A DNA stretch of 64,000 nt from Candidatus Zhuqueibacterota bacterium (GTDB lineage: Bacteria; Zhuqueibacterota; Zhuqueibacteria; Residuimicrobiales; Krinioviventaceae). The stretch is taken from NCBI GenBank assembly GCA_034505495.1, contig JAPDQV010000003.1, forward strand, positions 44,240 through 108,239, written 5' to 3'. Below, in pieces: positions 10,190-20,033 of this stretch (position 1 is the first letter of the stretch; each line of letters starts with the position of its first letter). A model generated the notes under the pieces. The model saw nothing but the letters and a program-made list of their open reading frames with translations. It was not told the origin of the DNA and made no database searches. A program made the position numbers and the translations under genes.

Positions 10190-11410
10190 ATGGCATTGGC
10201 ACTCTTTATTTTGACGTTTATTTTGAGCGCTTTTTTTTCCGGATCCGAAACCGCATACATTGCCGCCAATCGCCTCAAGCTGCACGTTCACCGACATCGA
10301 ACCGGTAAAGATGCTTGCCAGGATCCAATGCGGGCCGATCAAAGGTTTTTGGCTGCAACGCTCGTCGGCAACAACATCGTCAACACGGCCTGCGCTTCTC
10401 TGGCTGTCTATTTATTTGCCTCCCATATTGATAACACTCTTTTGGTACTGAGCACGACGGCGTTTCTGCTGCTCTTTGGAGAAATTTTGCCCAAATCCGT
10501 TGCAGTTCAGCTGCCGAATGCCGTCATTCGTCCGGCCGTCCGTTTTATCAACGTCTATTATTTGCTTTTTTTTCCCTTTATACGCCTGGCCGAGGCGGCA
10601 ACGAGCCTGATCAACCTTTTGCTGCATCATGAGAAAAAGACCTATCATCTTTTTTCGGCCGAAGACCTGCCGCTGCTGGTGAGGGAATACGGCGCCGCCG
10701 ACATTGTCAAGCCGCATCATCTGCAGCTCTTGGGACGTGCGCTGAAAATACGCGACCATCAATTATGGGATGTTATGGTTCCCCGCACGGAAATTGTGGG
10801 AGTGGATTGGGATGATCCGCCGCAGACCGTGCGGGAGGTTTTTCTCAACAGTGGTTACTCGCGGCTGCCGGTGTTCGTCGGTGAGATAGACAATATTATC
10901 GGCTTTTATTACGTTAAAGATTTATTCAACTCTCCCCCGGACAAGCTGCCGCCGCTGCGCGAACCTCTCTTCCTGCCGGCTTCTCTCCATGTTTTGGAAG
11001 CCATGCGCCGCATGAAGGAAAAAAAAGTTACGGCTGCCGTTGCGGTAGATGAATATGTCGGCACCATCGGCCTGGTGACTATGGAGGACATTGTTGAAAA
11101 GCTCGTCGGCGCCATTAACGACGAGTTTGACCATCCCATCACCGGCGTGAAGGTCATGGACAACCGCATATTGATCGTGGAGGGTAAAACGCCGTTGGAA
11201 GAGTTGCGGGACCTTTACAAAATAGACCTGCCCGAGGGTGACTATGTGACGTTCAATGGGTTTTTGATCAATCATCTGGAAAGAGTGCCGCAAAAGGGCG
11301 AAAAGCTGACTGTTTCAAAGTATCAGATCGAAATTTTGGATGCTACACCGACCAAAGTACTGCAAGTTAAAATCACTTTTCCTGCCGAACAGGGCTTAAA
11401 TCAATCGTAA
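10190..11410 (+). CDS. HlyC/CorC family transporter (DUF21-CBS-CorC_HlyC)
   Basis: N-terminal multi-TM DUF21, tandem CBS region and C-terminal CorC/HlyC transporter-associated domain. Confidence 0.8.
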   Translation: MALALFILTFILSAFFSGSETAYIAANRLKLHVHRHRTGKDACQDPMRADQRFLAATLVGNNIVNTACASLAVYLFASHIDNTLLVLSTTAFLLLFGEILPKSVAVQLPNAVIRPAVRFINVYYLLFFPFIRLAEAATSLINLLLHHEKKTYHLFSAEDLPLLVREYGAADIVKPHHLQLLGRALKIRDHQLWDVMVPRTEIVGVDWDDPPQTVREVFLNSGYSRLPVFVGEIDNIIGFYYVKDLFNSPPDKLPPLREPLFLPASLHVLEAMRRMKEKKVTAAVAVDEYVGTIGLVTMEDIVEKLVGAINDEFDHPITGVKVMDNRILIVEGKTPLEELRDLYKIDLPEGDYVTFNGFLINHLERVPQKGEKLTVSKYQIEILDATPTKVLQVKITFPAEQGLNQS

Positions 11411-11429
11411 ATGCAAGAGGAGACGCGTC

Positions 11430-12509
11430 ATGGTAACAAGAAGGTGTTATTGGACTGCAACCGTTCTGGCGGCAATTTTTGTTGCTGGAATTCTTTATGC
11501 TCAATCATTTGAAAGCTGCGGCACCTGGCGAATTCACGACGGCAATCGGCCGCAGCCGCCGATCATTTCGCCGCCGACTTGGGGGACACAGAATGAACCC
11601 GGGCTGCCGCCCTCAGATGCCGTGGTCTTGTTCGACGGCAAGTCGCTCGACAATTGGCGCGCCATGGACGGCAGTCCGGCCAAATGGATCGTCAAGGACG
11701 GTTACATGGAGTCGGTAAGCGGTGCCGGCTATGTTCGCACCCTACTGGGTTTCGGCGACTGCCAGCTGCACATCGAATTCATGACGCCGACCCCGCCTTC
11801 GGGAACCAGCCAGGGCCGCGGTAACAGCGGCGTCTTCCTGATGGGCATTTATGAAGTGCAGGTGCTCGATTCCTACGACAATGTAACTTACGCCGACGGC
11901 CAGTGCTCGGCAATCTATGGTCAATATCCGCCCCAGGTCAATGCCTGCCGCAAGCCCGGCGAATGGCAGACCTACGACATTCTCTTCAAAGCGCCGCGCT
12001 TTGACAACGACGGCAAGCTGCTCAAACCGGCCGTCATTACCGTCTTTCACAACGGCATCTTGACGCAGGATCACGTTGAAATCATGGGACCGACGAACTG
12101 GTGCAGCCGAACACCCTACAGCAAACACCCGGACAAGCTGCCGCTGGCGCTGCAGGATCACGGCAATCCGGTTCGATACCGCAACATCTGGCTGCGCGAG
12201 CTACCCGCCTACGGTCGTGCCGATGCCCATCGTAAAGTGCTGATCTTTGGCGAGGCGCAGCTCAAAAAATATGTCGGTACCTACAGCTCGCGCGGCGGCA
12301 AAGTAACCATCACCCTCGATGATCAGCGGCAACTGCACGCCGATTTTCCCGGCGGCAGCGCCGAACACCCCATTCTGGCTGAATCCGAAACGCGATTTTA
12401 CTCGCCTTTCGTCGATGCGGAATACGAGTTTGTTTTCAAGGGAGATCAGGTCGTCGGACTCAAAGTCAATGTTACGCAGGGGGGATGGGCAGAGTACCAA
12501 CGCCAATGA
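11430..12509 (+). CDS. secreted DUF1080 (3-keto-disaccharide hydrolase-like jelly-roll) protein
   Basis: Signal peptide, then a family-like core (DGKSLDNW..., NSGVFL..YEVQVLDSY), then an extra ~100 aa C-terminal domain. Confidence 0.65.
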   Translation: MVTRRCYWTATVLAAIFVAGILYAQSFESCGTWRIHDGNRPQPPIISPPTWGTQNEPGLPPSDAVVLFDGKSLDNWRAMDGSPAKWIVKDGYMESVSGAGYVRTLLGFGDCQLHIEFMTPTPPSGTSQGRGNSGVFLMGIYEVQVLDSYDNVTYADGQCSAIYGQYPPQVNACRKPGEWQTYDILFKAPRFDNDGKLLKPAVITVFHNGILTQDHVEIMGPTNWCSRTPYSKHPDKLPLALQDHGNPVRYRNIWLRELPAYGRADAHRKVLIFGEAQLKKYVGTYSSRGGKVTITLDDQRQLHADFPGGSAEHPILAESETRFYSPFVDAEYEFVFKGDQVVGLKVNVTQGGWAEYQRQ

Positions 12510-12613
12510 CCGTATTGCAAAAGGGGGGATAAAATGCCGGCGTAAATCGGTAGGTTTTACGTGAGCAAATTGGCTGACATGAAATCTCCTTATCGACTCT
12601 TAGAACACAACTA

Positions 12614-13699
12614 ATGATAGGGGTCTTTATCATGGACTCTATTTTCTATTATGTCTTGGGGATAGTCGGCGCTCTCATCCTGTTGGGATATTTTATTTTT
12701 AAAGGCGTAGTGATCGTCAGGCAGGCCGAAGCGATGGTCATCGAAAGGCTGGGAAAATTCCATCGGCTGCTCTATTCCGGCTTGAATTGGATATTCCCGA
12801 TTATAGATAAACCACGGGCCCTGGATTGGCGATATGTAGAATACGATGCGGACGGCAAGCCGATTTTTCAGCAGAAAAGAATAACCGCCATTGATTTGAA
12901 AGAGACGTTCCTCGATTTCCCGCGTCAAAACGTCATCACGGCCGACAATATTTTCATCGAAATCAATGCGCTGCTTTCCTACCAGGTCGTTGATCCCAAA
13001 AGCGTTGCCTATAAAATCAACAATCTGCCGTTTGCGCTGGAAAAGGAGACGCAAACCTGCCTGCGCAGCCTGATCGGCGAAATGACGCTCGATCAGATTC
13101 TCTCCTCACGTGAAACCATCCGGCAGAAAATTCGCGCAATGCTCGAGTCTTCCACCGAATCTTGGGGTATCAAGATCAATAATGTGGCGCTGCAGGAAAT
13201 CAATCCGCCGCCGGATATTCGCGATGAGATGGAAAAAGTGATGCGCGCCGAACGCGACCGGCGCGCTACCGTCACGGCGGCGGAAGGGCAGAAAACAGCG
13301 GCTATTCTTGAATCCCAGGGACAACTGGAGGCGACGATCAACGCCGCCGAAGCGGAGAAACGCAGCCTCATCCTTAAAGCGGAAGGTGAGGCTTATGCTC
13401 GTCTGCGGCTGGCGCAGGCTGAAGCCGATGCTTTGCGTCGAATAGCCGAGGCACTGGAAAGCAAAGGCATCGAGCCGACACCGTACATGATCGCCATGCG
13501 CTATTTGGAAACGCTGAAAGAGATGGTAAGCGGCAAAGACAACAAGGTCGTATATCTTCCGATTGAGGCTGTCGGCGTGCTCGGCTCTCTCGGCGCCATT
13601 AAGGATCTCTTTAAGGACCTGAAACCGATTGAAACAAATTTCATAAGAACAGGGGGGAACAATGAGCGAGGCGATCAGTCGAATCAAGGATTGGCCTGA
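12614..13699 (+). CDS. SPFH/Band-7 (stomatin/flotillin-like) membrane protein
   Basis: N-terminal TM, SPFH core and a long Ala/Glu-rich coiled-coil C-terminus. Confidence 0.8.
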   Translation: MIGVFIMDSIFYYVLGIVGALILLGYFIFKGVVIVRQAEAMVIERLGKFHRLLYSGLNWIFPIIDKPRALDWRYVEYDADGKPIFQQKRITAIDLKETFLDFPRQNVITADNIFIEINALLSYQVVDPKSVAYKINNLPFALEKETQTCLRSLIGEMTLDQILSSRETIRQKIRAMLESSTESWGIKINNVALQEINPPPDIRDEMEKVMRAERDRRATVTAAEGQKTAAILESQGQLEATINAAEAEKRSLILKAEGEAYARLRLAQAEADALRRIAEALESKGIEPTPYMIAMRYLETLKEMVSGKDNKVVYLPIEAVGVLGSLGAIKDLFKDLKPIETNFIRTGGNNERGDQSNQGLA

Positions 13700-14357
13700 A
13701 CATGAACGACCGCGCGAACGGCTCATGAAATACGGCGCCGAAAGCCTTTCGGAGGCTGAATTGCTGGGCATCATTCTGCGCGTCGGCAACCCGAAGGAAT
13801 CGGCCATGGAATTGGCCAGACGGCTTTTGATCGAATACGGCGGACTGCGCGGCATTGATCAAAGCCAAATCGGCGAATTGTGCCGGACAAAGGGAGTCGG
13901 CTTGGCCAAAGCGGCACAGATCAAGGCTGCGCTGGAACTGGCCAAACGTTTGGTGCAGCAAAAGTGGGACGGCAAAGCCGTGCTCAACAGCGCGGAGGCA
14001 GTCTATCAGTATATCCATCTGCGGATGCGCGACCTGAAACGAGAAGAGTTTCACGTGCTCTTTTTGACCGCCCGAAACGAATTGATCGACGAAAAGACGC
14101 TCTTTGAAGGCAGCCTGATGGAAAGCGTCGTGTCGCCGCGGGAAATCATTCGCACCGCCGTACAACTGGCCGCTGCAAGCGTCATCCTCCTGCACAACCA
14201 CCCCAGCGGCAACCCGTCTCCCTCCGAGGAGGACCGTCGGGCGACCGAAAAAATCAGTAAGGCATGCCGCTATGCAGACATCAGCGTGCTTGACCACATC
14301 ATCATCGGCAAGGACTCTTTTTTCAGTTTTGCCGATCACGGACTTTTGCCGCGATGA
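13662..14357 (+). CDS. radC: RadC-family JAB/MPN domain protein
   Basis: N-terminal helix-hairpin-helix and JAMM motif HNHPSG...SxxD. Overlaps the upstream gene by 38 nt. Confidence 0.88.
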   Translation: MSEAISRIKDWPEHERPRERLMKYGAESLSEAELLGIILRVGNPKESAMELARRLLIEYGGLRGIDQSQIGELCRTKGVGLAKAAQIKAALELAKRLVQQKWDGKAVLNSAEAVYQYIHLRMRDLKREEFHVLFLTARNELIDEKTLFEGSLMESVVSPREIIRTAVQLAAASVILLHNHPSGNPSPSEEDRRATEKISKACRYADISVLDHIIIGKDSFFSFADHGLLPR

Positions 14358-14971
14358 AAGGACGTGCTGTATTCCTTATTTTGCTTTCCTTGCAGGTCTT
14401 GAGCTGTCGAGCGCCGCATATTGTCGGCACCACATATTTTGCTGAAAACGGCATAGAGAGAATGCCTGTCAACTTGTTGCGGGAGGAAGGACCGATGGTC
14501 ATCAAAGGCATCTACTTGTCCGCTCCCCCGCTATTTCAGCAGCCTTTGATAATGACCCTCATCAAGAAACAAATTGGCTATGCCTTGTTGGATGCCCCTC
14601 TGCCCTATGAGTCAGGCGATTATTTGGAAATCCACGGCGAAACGCGAGTCAATTTGGATCTAAAAGAACTGAGGCTCCAGACTGAACTAAAAAATGTTAG
14701 ACGCATCGCATCCTATGCTGCTTTGTTTAATCATGCCCAACGAGACTATTGTTTCTTTTTAGATGCTGCTGAGGCCAAAGTCGCCGATTGTCCGCAGAAA
14801 TTGCCGCCTTTTCCCCAGTTTTTAGCAGTCCTGGATGAGAAGGAAAATGCTTTTGTGGCATTTTTTTCTGCCGCCGATTTGTTGTATTCGGCACAGATCG
14901 ATCTCGTTTACGACGTGACGGCCAGAAAACTGAATCGCATCTACATTGATTGTCATTTCAAGGGAGAGTGA
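14354..14971 (+). CDS. hypothetical lipoprotein
   Basis: Signal peptide with lipobox (LQVLSC). No recognisable domain. Confidence 0.5.
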   Translation: MKGRAVFLILLSLQVLSCRAPHIVGTTYFAENGIERMPVNLLREEGPMVIKGIYLSAPPLFQQPLIMTLIKKQIGYALLDAPLPYESGDYLEIHGETRVNLDLKELRLQTELKNVRRIASYAALFNHAQRDYCFFLDAAEAKVADCPQKLPPFPQFLAVLDEKENAFVAFFSAADLLYSAQIDLVYDVTARKLNRIYIDCHFKGE

Positions 14972-14972
14972 T

Positions 14973-16844
14973 TTGAGTCGAATTCGGCTGATATTCGGAT
15001 TATTGATTTCGCTGATGCCCGCGATACATGCTGAAGAGATGATGATTCGTCTCGACCTGCGCCGACTGCCGCAGCCTCTAAAACGCATAGCGCCGGATGC
15101 GGAAATTGTGGCCGTTGATCGCGTGGACGGTTTTGCAGACGTCATTGTCAATGAGACGCAGTTGAAAACGCTGCAAAAGAATGGCGTTTTTGGTAGAATT
15201 GTAATTAAGGACATTAACGCCTACGCCGATTCGCTTCGGCAAAGCGGCTACTTGGAGCACTTTCACAGTCCGCAACAAATTCTTGCCGAGCTGCAAAGGG
15301 CGGCAGCTGAATCTCCCCAAATCGTCGCTCTGCATGACATCGGAGACGGTTTTTTGAAGCAGCGCGGTCTTGGGGGGCAGGATATATGGGCGATCAAAAT
15401 TTCTGACGAACCGGAAAAAGAGGACGATGACGAAGCAGATGTCCTTTTCATCGGCAACATTCACGCGCGGGAAATCATTACACCGGAAGTCATCCTTTAC
15501 TTTATGAATTATCTGCTCACCCGTTACGGCAAAGACCCATGGGTGACGCATCTGGTTAACAATCGGGAGATCTGGCTTATCCCAACCATGAATCCCGAGG
15601 GATTGAATCATGTTTTTTCCGGCGATCCGGTCGATCGCGGCCGAGAAGAACGACGCAATCCTTTATGGTGGCGAAAAAACATGCGCGACAACAACGGTGA
15701 CGGCATCTTTTCCCCTTATACGGACGGAGTTGATTTGAACCGCAATTGGGGCTGGCAATGGGGAATCGATGACCGCGGCTCCAGTCCGTATTACGGCGAA
15801 GTTACCTATCGAGGCGCAGCACCCTTCTCGGAGCCGGAGACGCAGGCGCTGCGTGATTTCGTCAAACAGCACCGTTTCGTCGTGTCGCTTTGTTACCACA
15901 GCTACAGCAATCTATGGCTATATCCTTGGGGCTACACTTTTGATCCCCTCCCTGAACCGGTCTTGCGTATATTTAAGGAACTGGCCGACAGCTGCACGAC
16001 TTATAACGGCTATCGTTCCCTGTCTTCGTCGGAACTCTATCTTGTAAACGGCGACAGTGACGATTGGCTATGGGGCGAATGCGGCATCTATGCCTTTTCT
16101 CCGGAAGTAGGGCACCCCGATTTCGACGGCTTTTTCCCGGACACTTCCCGCATCCTGCCGTTGGTTTCCGAAAATTTGGGCGCCAATCTTTTCATGACTT
16201 ATGTCGCAGGCGAAGAGCCGAGGATTTCTTTCGTAAAACTACAGGATGCCGAGGTCAATCAAACCGTCCGTATTCAGGCAACCGTTCGACCTCCGATCGT
16301 TCTAACCACGCCGGTCGAATTGGATAGTGCGGCCATTTTTCTGCATTACCGCTACTCTGATGACTTGGTTTTTCATACGATTTCTTTACAACCTGATCCG
16401 GACGCAGAGTCTTTTGTTTCTCAAATTTCCTTTTCGCGGCCGGGGCGGGTGTACTATTATGCAGAAGCCGCCGATAAGCGCGGCAGGCGCGGATATCATC
16501 CGCGAGGTGCGCCTTTGGCCGTCGATTCGCTGATAGTCTATCCGATGACAAGGGTTGCCGATATTTTCGTCGCTACACCATTCTCGGTTTTCCCAAATCC
16601 GTTCAACAGTGAAGCATTGGTCTCCTTTACCATAAACGGCCGAGAGCAGGTTCTCCTGCAGATCGTCGATCTAAGGGGAAGAGCAATTCGCACTCTATGC
16701 AATCAATTCTTGGACGAAGGCGCTTACACCTTGCGTTGGCAGGGTGATTTGGCCGACGGCTCGCAGGCTGCATCAGGAATTTACTACGTGATGCTAAAGA
16801 GCGGCAGACGCCGGAGTGTAAACAAAGTGGTTTTGCTGCGCTAA
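14973..16844 (+). CDS. M14 zinc carboxypeptidase with T9SS C-terminal sorting domain
   Basis: HAREIIT (HxxE) zinc motif and M14 core (NPEG, YHSYS..LYPWGY). The C-terminal ~80 aa is T9SS-CTD-like. TTG start after an AGGGAGAG RBS gives a clean signal peptide. Confidence 0.8.
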   Translation: MSRIRLIFGLLISLMPAIHAEEMMIRLDLRRLPQPLKRIAPDAEIVAVDRVDGFADVIVNETQLKTLQKNGVFGRIVIKDINAYADSLRQSGYLEHFHSPQQILAELQRAAAESPQIVALHDIGDGFLKQRGLGGQDIWAIKISDEPEKEDDDEADVLFIGNIHAREIITPEVILYFMNYLLTRYGKDPWVTHLVNNREIWLIPTMNPEGLNHVFSGDPVDRGREERRNPLWWRKNMRDNNGDGIFSPYTDGVDLNRNWGWQWGIDDRGSSPYYGEVTYRGAAPFSEPETQALRDFVKQHRFVVSLCYHSYSNLWLYPWGYTFDPLPEPVLRIFKELADSCTTYNGYRSLSSSELYLVNGDSDDWLWGECGIYAFSPEVGHPDFDGFFPDTSRILPLVSENLGANLFMTYVAGEEPRISFVKLQDAEVNQTVRIQATVRPPIVLTTPVELDSAAIFLHYRYSDDLVFHTISLQPDPDAESFVSQISFSRPGRVYYYAEAADKRGRRGYHPRGAPLAVDSLIVYPMTRVADIFVATPFSVFPNPFNSEALVSFTINGREQVLLQIVDLRGRAIRTLCNQFLDEGAYTLRWQGDLADGSQAASGIYYVMLKSGRRRSVNKVVLLR

Positions 16845-16852
16845 CCTGCAAT

Positions 16853-16890
16853 AAAAAAGCCGCCGAAAAAACTTTCGGCGGCTTTTTTAT
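16853..16890. terminator. bidirectional rho-independent terminator
   Basis: aaaaaagccgccgaaa-aaac-tttcggcggctttttt: a perfect GC-rich stem flanked by A-run and T-run, sitting between convergent genes. Confidence 0.85.
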
Positions 16891-16905
16891 TGCAAAGGTT
16901 TCTAC

Positions 16906-18024
16906 TTATTTTATCAAAGTCATTTTGTGATGGATCGTGCGTTCTCCGATCCTGAGTTCGCAAATGTAAATGCCCGAATCGACCAGGGATCCGTCGGCGT
17001 TGCGGCCGTCCCAACTAATGCGAAAAGTACCTTCATTCTGAAAACCGGAAAAGAGGCTTTTGACCATTTTTCCGGATAAGCTATAGATCGTCAGCGATAC
17101 GTCGGCCGCTGAATCGACACGGTAACGGATTTCCGTCGTCGGATTGAACGGATTGGGATAATTGCTGATCAAGTCAAAGGATGCGGGCGCCAGACTGCTT
17201 TTCGCGGAAGAGAGAGCCGCTGCAACCGGTCCTTCGAACGTGCTGACGCCTTCCGTTGAAATGCTTTCGACCAAGTACCAGGCTGTATTCATATCGGCGG
17301 GCGGTTCATCCTCAAAAACATATTGGCGCGGTACGGACGAGGTTCCCTGCCCGAGGATCAATTCTTTGTTAATGCGCTCAAACCCTTCATCTTCTCGGCT
17401 GCTGCGGTAAAGATTGAAGCCGAGGTTGTTCACTTCCGTTTCAGTTCGCCATTCTATGCGGACAGACCCGGTTTCGATCGGCTCGGCTTTGAACAAAGAG
17501 AGCTGCACCGGCAGCGGAATGTCCTGAAGATTACCGGGAATCGGATAATAATCACCGGTAATGTCTCGATCGCCGGCGTCAAGGACCAAGTAAGAAGGAG
17601 ATCCGGCCCAGGAGAGAGTCGCCTTCTCATCGCTGGTATTGTAATTAATGATGACACGCAAGACCGTCACCCAGTCCTTGCCGATCGAAGAATACGGCTT
17701 TTGTGCATTTTTATCATAAATGTAGGTCCAGGTCACTTTATTATAGGCCGTGCTGTAGCCGTATTTATGGGTGTAGGCAGGACGGGGGAACAGATAGTGC
17801 ACGAACGAAACGGAGGTTACTCTTTTCTCTAGGGTTTTTGATATCTTGAAGCTGCCGCGGTAAAAGCTGATGAGCGGAGTTCCATAGTTGCTGAACGCCT
17901 GAACATCGACAACCAGAACACCGTTGTCGTTGCTGACCAGTTGCAGCCGCGTGAAAACTTTAGCATAGGCTTCTCCGGCAACCAGCAAGGCAAAAAGCAC
18001 CAACACGATCACAATTTTTTTCAT
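16906..18024 (-). CDS. secreted hypothetical protein with Fn3-like domain and T9SS C-terminal sorting domain
   Basis: Signal peptide (MKKIVIVLVLFALLVAGEAYA) from the ATG at 18024 with a GAGG RBS. C-terminal YPNPFNP...IYSLSGKMV...GIYICELR is typical of T9SS CTDs. Confidence 0.7.
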   Translation of the reverse strand: MKKIVIVLVLFALLVAGEAYAKVFTRLQLVSNDNGVLVVDVQAFSNYGTPLISFYRGSFKISKTLEKRVTSVSFVHYLFPRPAYTHKYGYSTAYNKVTWTYIYDKNAQKPYSSIGKDWVTVLRVIINYNTSDEKATLSWAGSPSYLVLDAGDRDITGDYYPIPGNLQDIPLPVQLSLFKAEPIETGSVRIEWRTETEVNNLGFNLYRSSREDEGFERINKELILGQGTSSVPRQYVFEDEPPADMNTAWYLVESISTEGVSTFEGPVAAALSSAKSSLAPASFDLISNYPNPFNPTTEIRYRVDSAADVSLTIYSLSGKMVKSLFSGFQNEGTFRISWDGRNADGSLVDSGIYICELRIGERTIHHKMTLIK

Positions 18025-18284
18025 GACCAACCTCATCATGTAGTTATTGGTTAAGATCTTTTTGTTGGGCAGAGGAAAACTTGATGCAGGGTGCAAAGAG
18101 AGCCTTACTATTCCTCATTATGCATCTTATTATACAAAAAAAGTTAAAAATTCCGTAAAAAAATATCAAGCTCAAAATTTTATCACGTTTTATAGTTCTT
18201 AACAAAAATGCTCTGTCCATAAATTCCTTGAAAATGGTGCCGGAAATCGATATACTTGCGCCGAAAGAACAAAAAGGGAAAAGG

Positions 18285-20033
18285 ATGCCGAATCAGACGA
18301 TTCAGATACTTCCTGAAATCGTTGTCAACAAAATTGCCGCCGGCGAGGTGATCGACCGCCCCTCTTCTGTTGTCAAGGAGCTGGTTGAAAATGCCATTGA
18401 CGCCGGCGCGACGAGCATTACAGTGCTGCTGAAGGACGGCGGCAAATCTCTGATTCAGGTTGTCGACAATGGCGTCGGCATGTCGGAAGAAGATGCCGTG
18501 CTTTCGTTTCAGCGGCATGCTACCTCCAAGATTCGTGATATACACGACGTTGAACGGGTACAGACCCTCGGTTTTCGCGGCGAGGCGCTGGCAAGTATCG
18601 CCGCTGTTTCCCGCGTCGAAATGAAGACCATTCCGCAAGGCCAATACGAGGGCACTGTGGTGCAGATTGCCGGCGGCGTCATTCATTCCGTCGGCAAAAT
18701 CGGCGGCAATCCGGGTACGTCGATCGCCGTGAAAAATCTTTTTTTCAATACGCCGGCGCGGCGAAAATTTCTGCGTGCGGATTCTACGGAATATCGCCAC
18801 ATCCTGACCATGATGAACCGCTTTACCTTGGCTTATCCGGATATCGAATTCACCCTCTATCACCAGGATCATCAAGTCTATCATCTGGCTAAAAGTGATG
18901 CCCGTACGCGGATTGTAGAGGTCCTCGGAGTTCTCGGCGAAAATTTCCTCGAAGTGACGGATGAAAATGCGCTTTTTGAACTGCGGGGATTTATCGGCAA
19001 TAAAGAGGCGCTGCGAAAGACGCGCGATGATCAATACCTCTTTGTGAATCGACGTTGGATCAACGATCGAATTCTTTCTTCAGCCGTCGCGGCCGGTTAT
19101 GGAGAGATTCTGCCAAAAGATCGATTCCCCACTTATGTTTTATTCTTTACCATCGATCAGGAACGAATCGACGTCAACGTTCATCCTACAAAAAGCGAAA
19201 TCAAATTTGCAGATCAACAGGCGCTGTTTCCCTTGGTGCGCAGCGCTGTCCGCAGGGCTCTTTTCAAAGAGGAGGCGGTGCCCGACATCCGCCCGACGAC
19301 ATCCAATACATGGCGAAAAAGCGGACGGCTCGGTTTTTCGCCGCTGGAAGAGCTGCGCAGCACCCTTTCCCAGCAACGTACGATCGATTTTGACGCCGGT
19401 CAGGCGTTTTATGCTCCCCCCAATCCGGAATCGAAAACAGCTGCGACGCCGGAAGCTGAGGCATCTGAAAAAGGAAAATTTTGGCAGATTCACAATCAGT
19501 ACATTCTTTCGGAAATCAAAAGCGGGCTCGTCATCGTTGATCAGCACGCCGCCCACGAACGGATCTATTACGAACGCGTCAAATCGGCGCTGCGCAACCG
19601 CAATGCCGCATCGCAGCAGCTGCTTTTCCCTCATACCATCGATCTGCCGGCAGAGGATTACGAGCTGTTGCTTGAGATTTTGCCGTTTTTAGAGCGTATG
19701 GGATTCGTCATTAAGGGTTTCGGCTCGCGCACCGTGGTGTTGGAAGGGATACCGGCCGATCTGCGCATCCGCGCTGAGGAAAAGATCTTGCCGGAAATTC
19801 TCGATGAATACAAACTGAATCAGACCACCGAAACCGACGTGCAGGAGCGGGTGGCGAAAAGTGTAGCTTGTCGCGCCGCCGTCATGAGCGGCGACAAGTT
19901 GTCGGAAAAAGAGATGAACGCTCTGATCGATCAGCTCTTTGCCTGCGAAACGCCCTACTTTTGCCCGCACGGAAGGCCGACCATGATTACTTTGACTTTG
20001 GAAGAACTTGACCGCCGTTTCGAACGTACATAA
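18285..20033 (+). CDS. mutL: DNA mismatch repair protein MutL
   Basis: GHKL ATPase N-terminus (ELVENAIDAGA), DHNA-like transducer and a C-terminal dimerisation domain. Start chosen at MPNQTIQ after a GA-rich RBS. Confidence 0.9.
   Translation: MPNQTIQILPEIVVNKIAAGEVIDRPSSVVKELVENAIDAGATSITVLLKDGGKSLIQVVDNGVGMSEEDAVLSFQRHATSKIRDIHDVERVQTLGFRGEALASIAAVSRVEMKTIPQGQYEGTVVQIAGGVIHSVGKIGGNPGTSIAVKNLFFNTPARRKFLRADSTEYRHILTMMNRFTLAYPDIEFTLYHQDHQVYHLAKSDARTRIVEVLGVLGENFLEVTDENALFELRGFIGNKEALRKTRDDQYLFVNRRWINDRILSSAVAAGYGEILPKDRFPTYVLFFTIDQERIDVNVHPTKSEIKFADQQALFPLVRSAVRRALFKEEAVPDIRPTTSNTWRKSGRLGFSPLEELRSTLSQQRTIDFDAGQAFYAPPNPESKTAATPEAEASEKGKFWQIHNQYILSEIKSGLVIVDQHAAHERIYYERVKSALRNRNAASQQLLFPHTIDLPAEDYELLLEILPFLERMGFVIKGFGSRTVVLEGIPADLRIRAEEKILPEILDEYKLNQTTETDVQERVAKSVACRAAVMSGDKLSEKEMNALIDQLFACETPYFCPHGRPTMITLTLEELDRRFERT

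Noticed and set aside
13662-13699. 38-nt overlap between the SPFH protein and radC as a possible frameshift or fusion
   Set aside because: Both proteins are complete with their expected termini. The overlap is in different frames and fits ordinary operon compaction.
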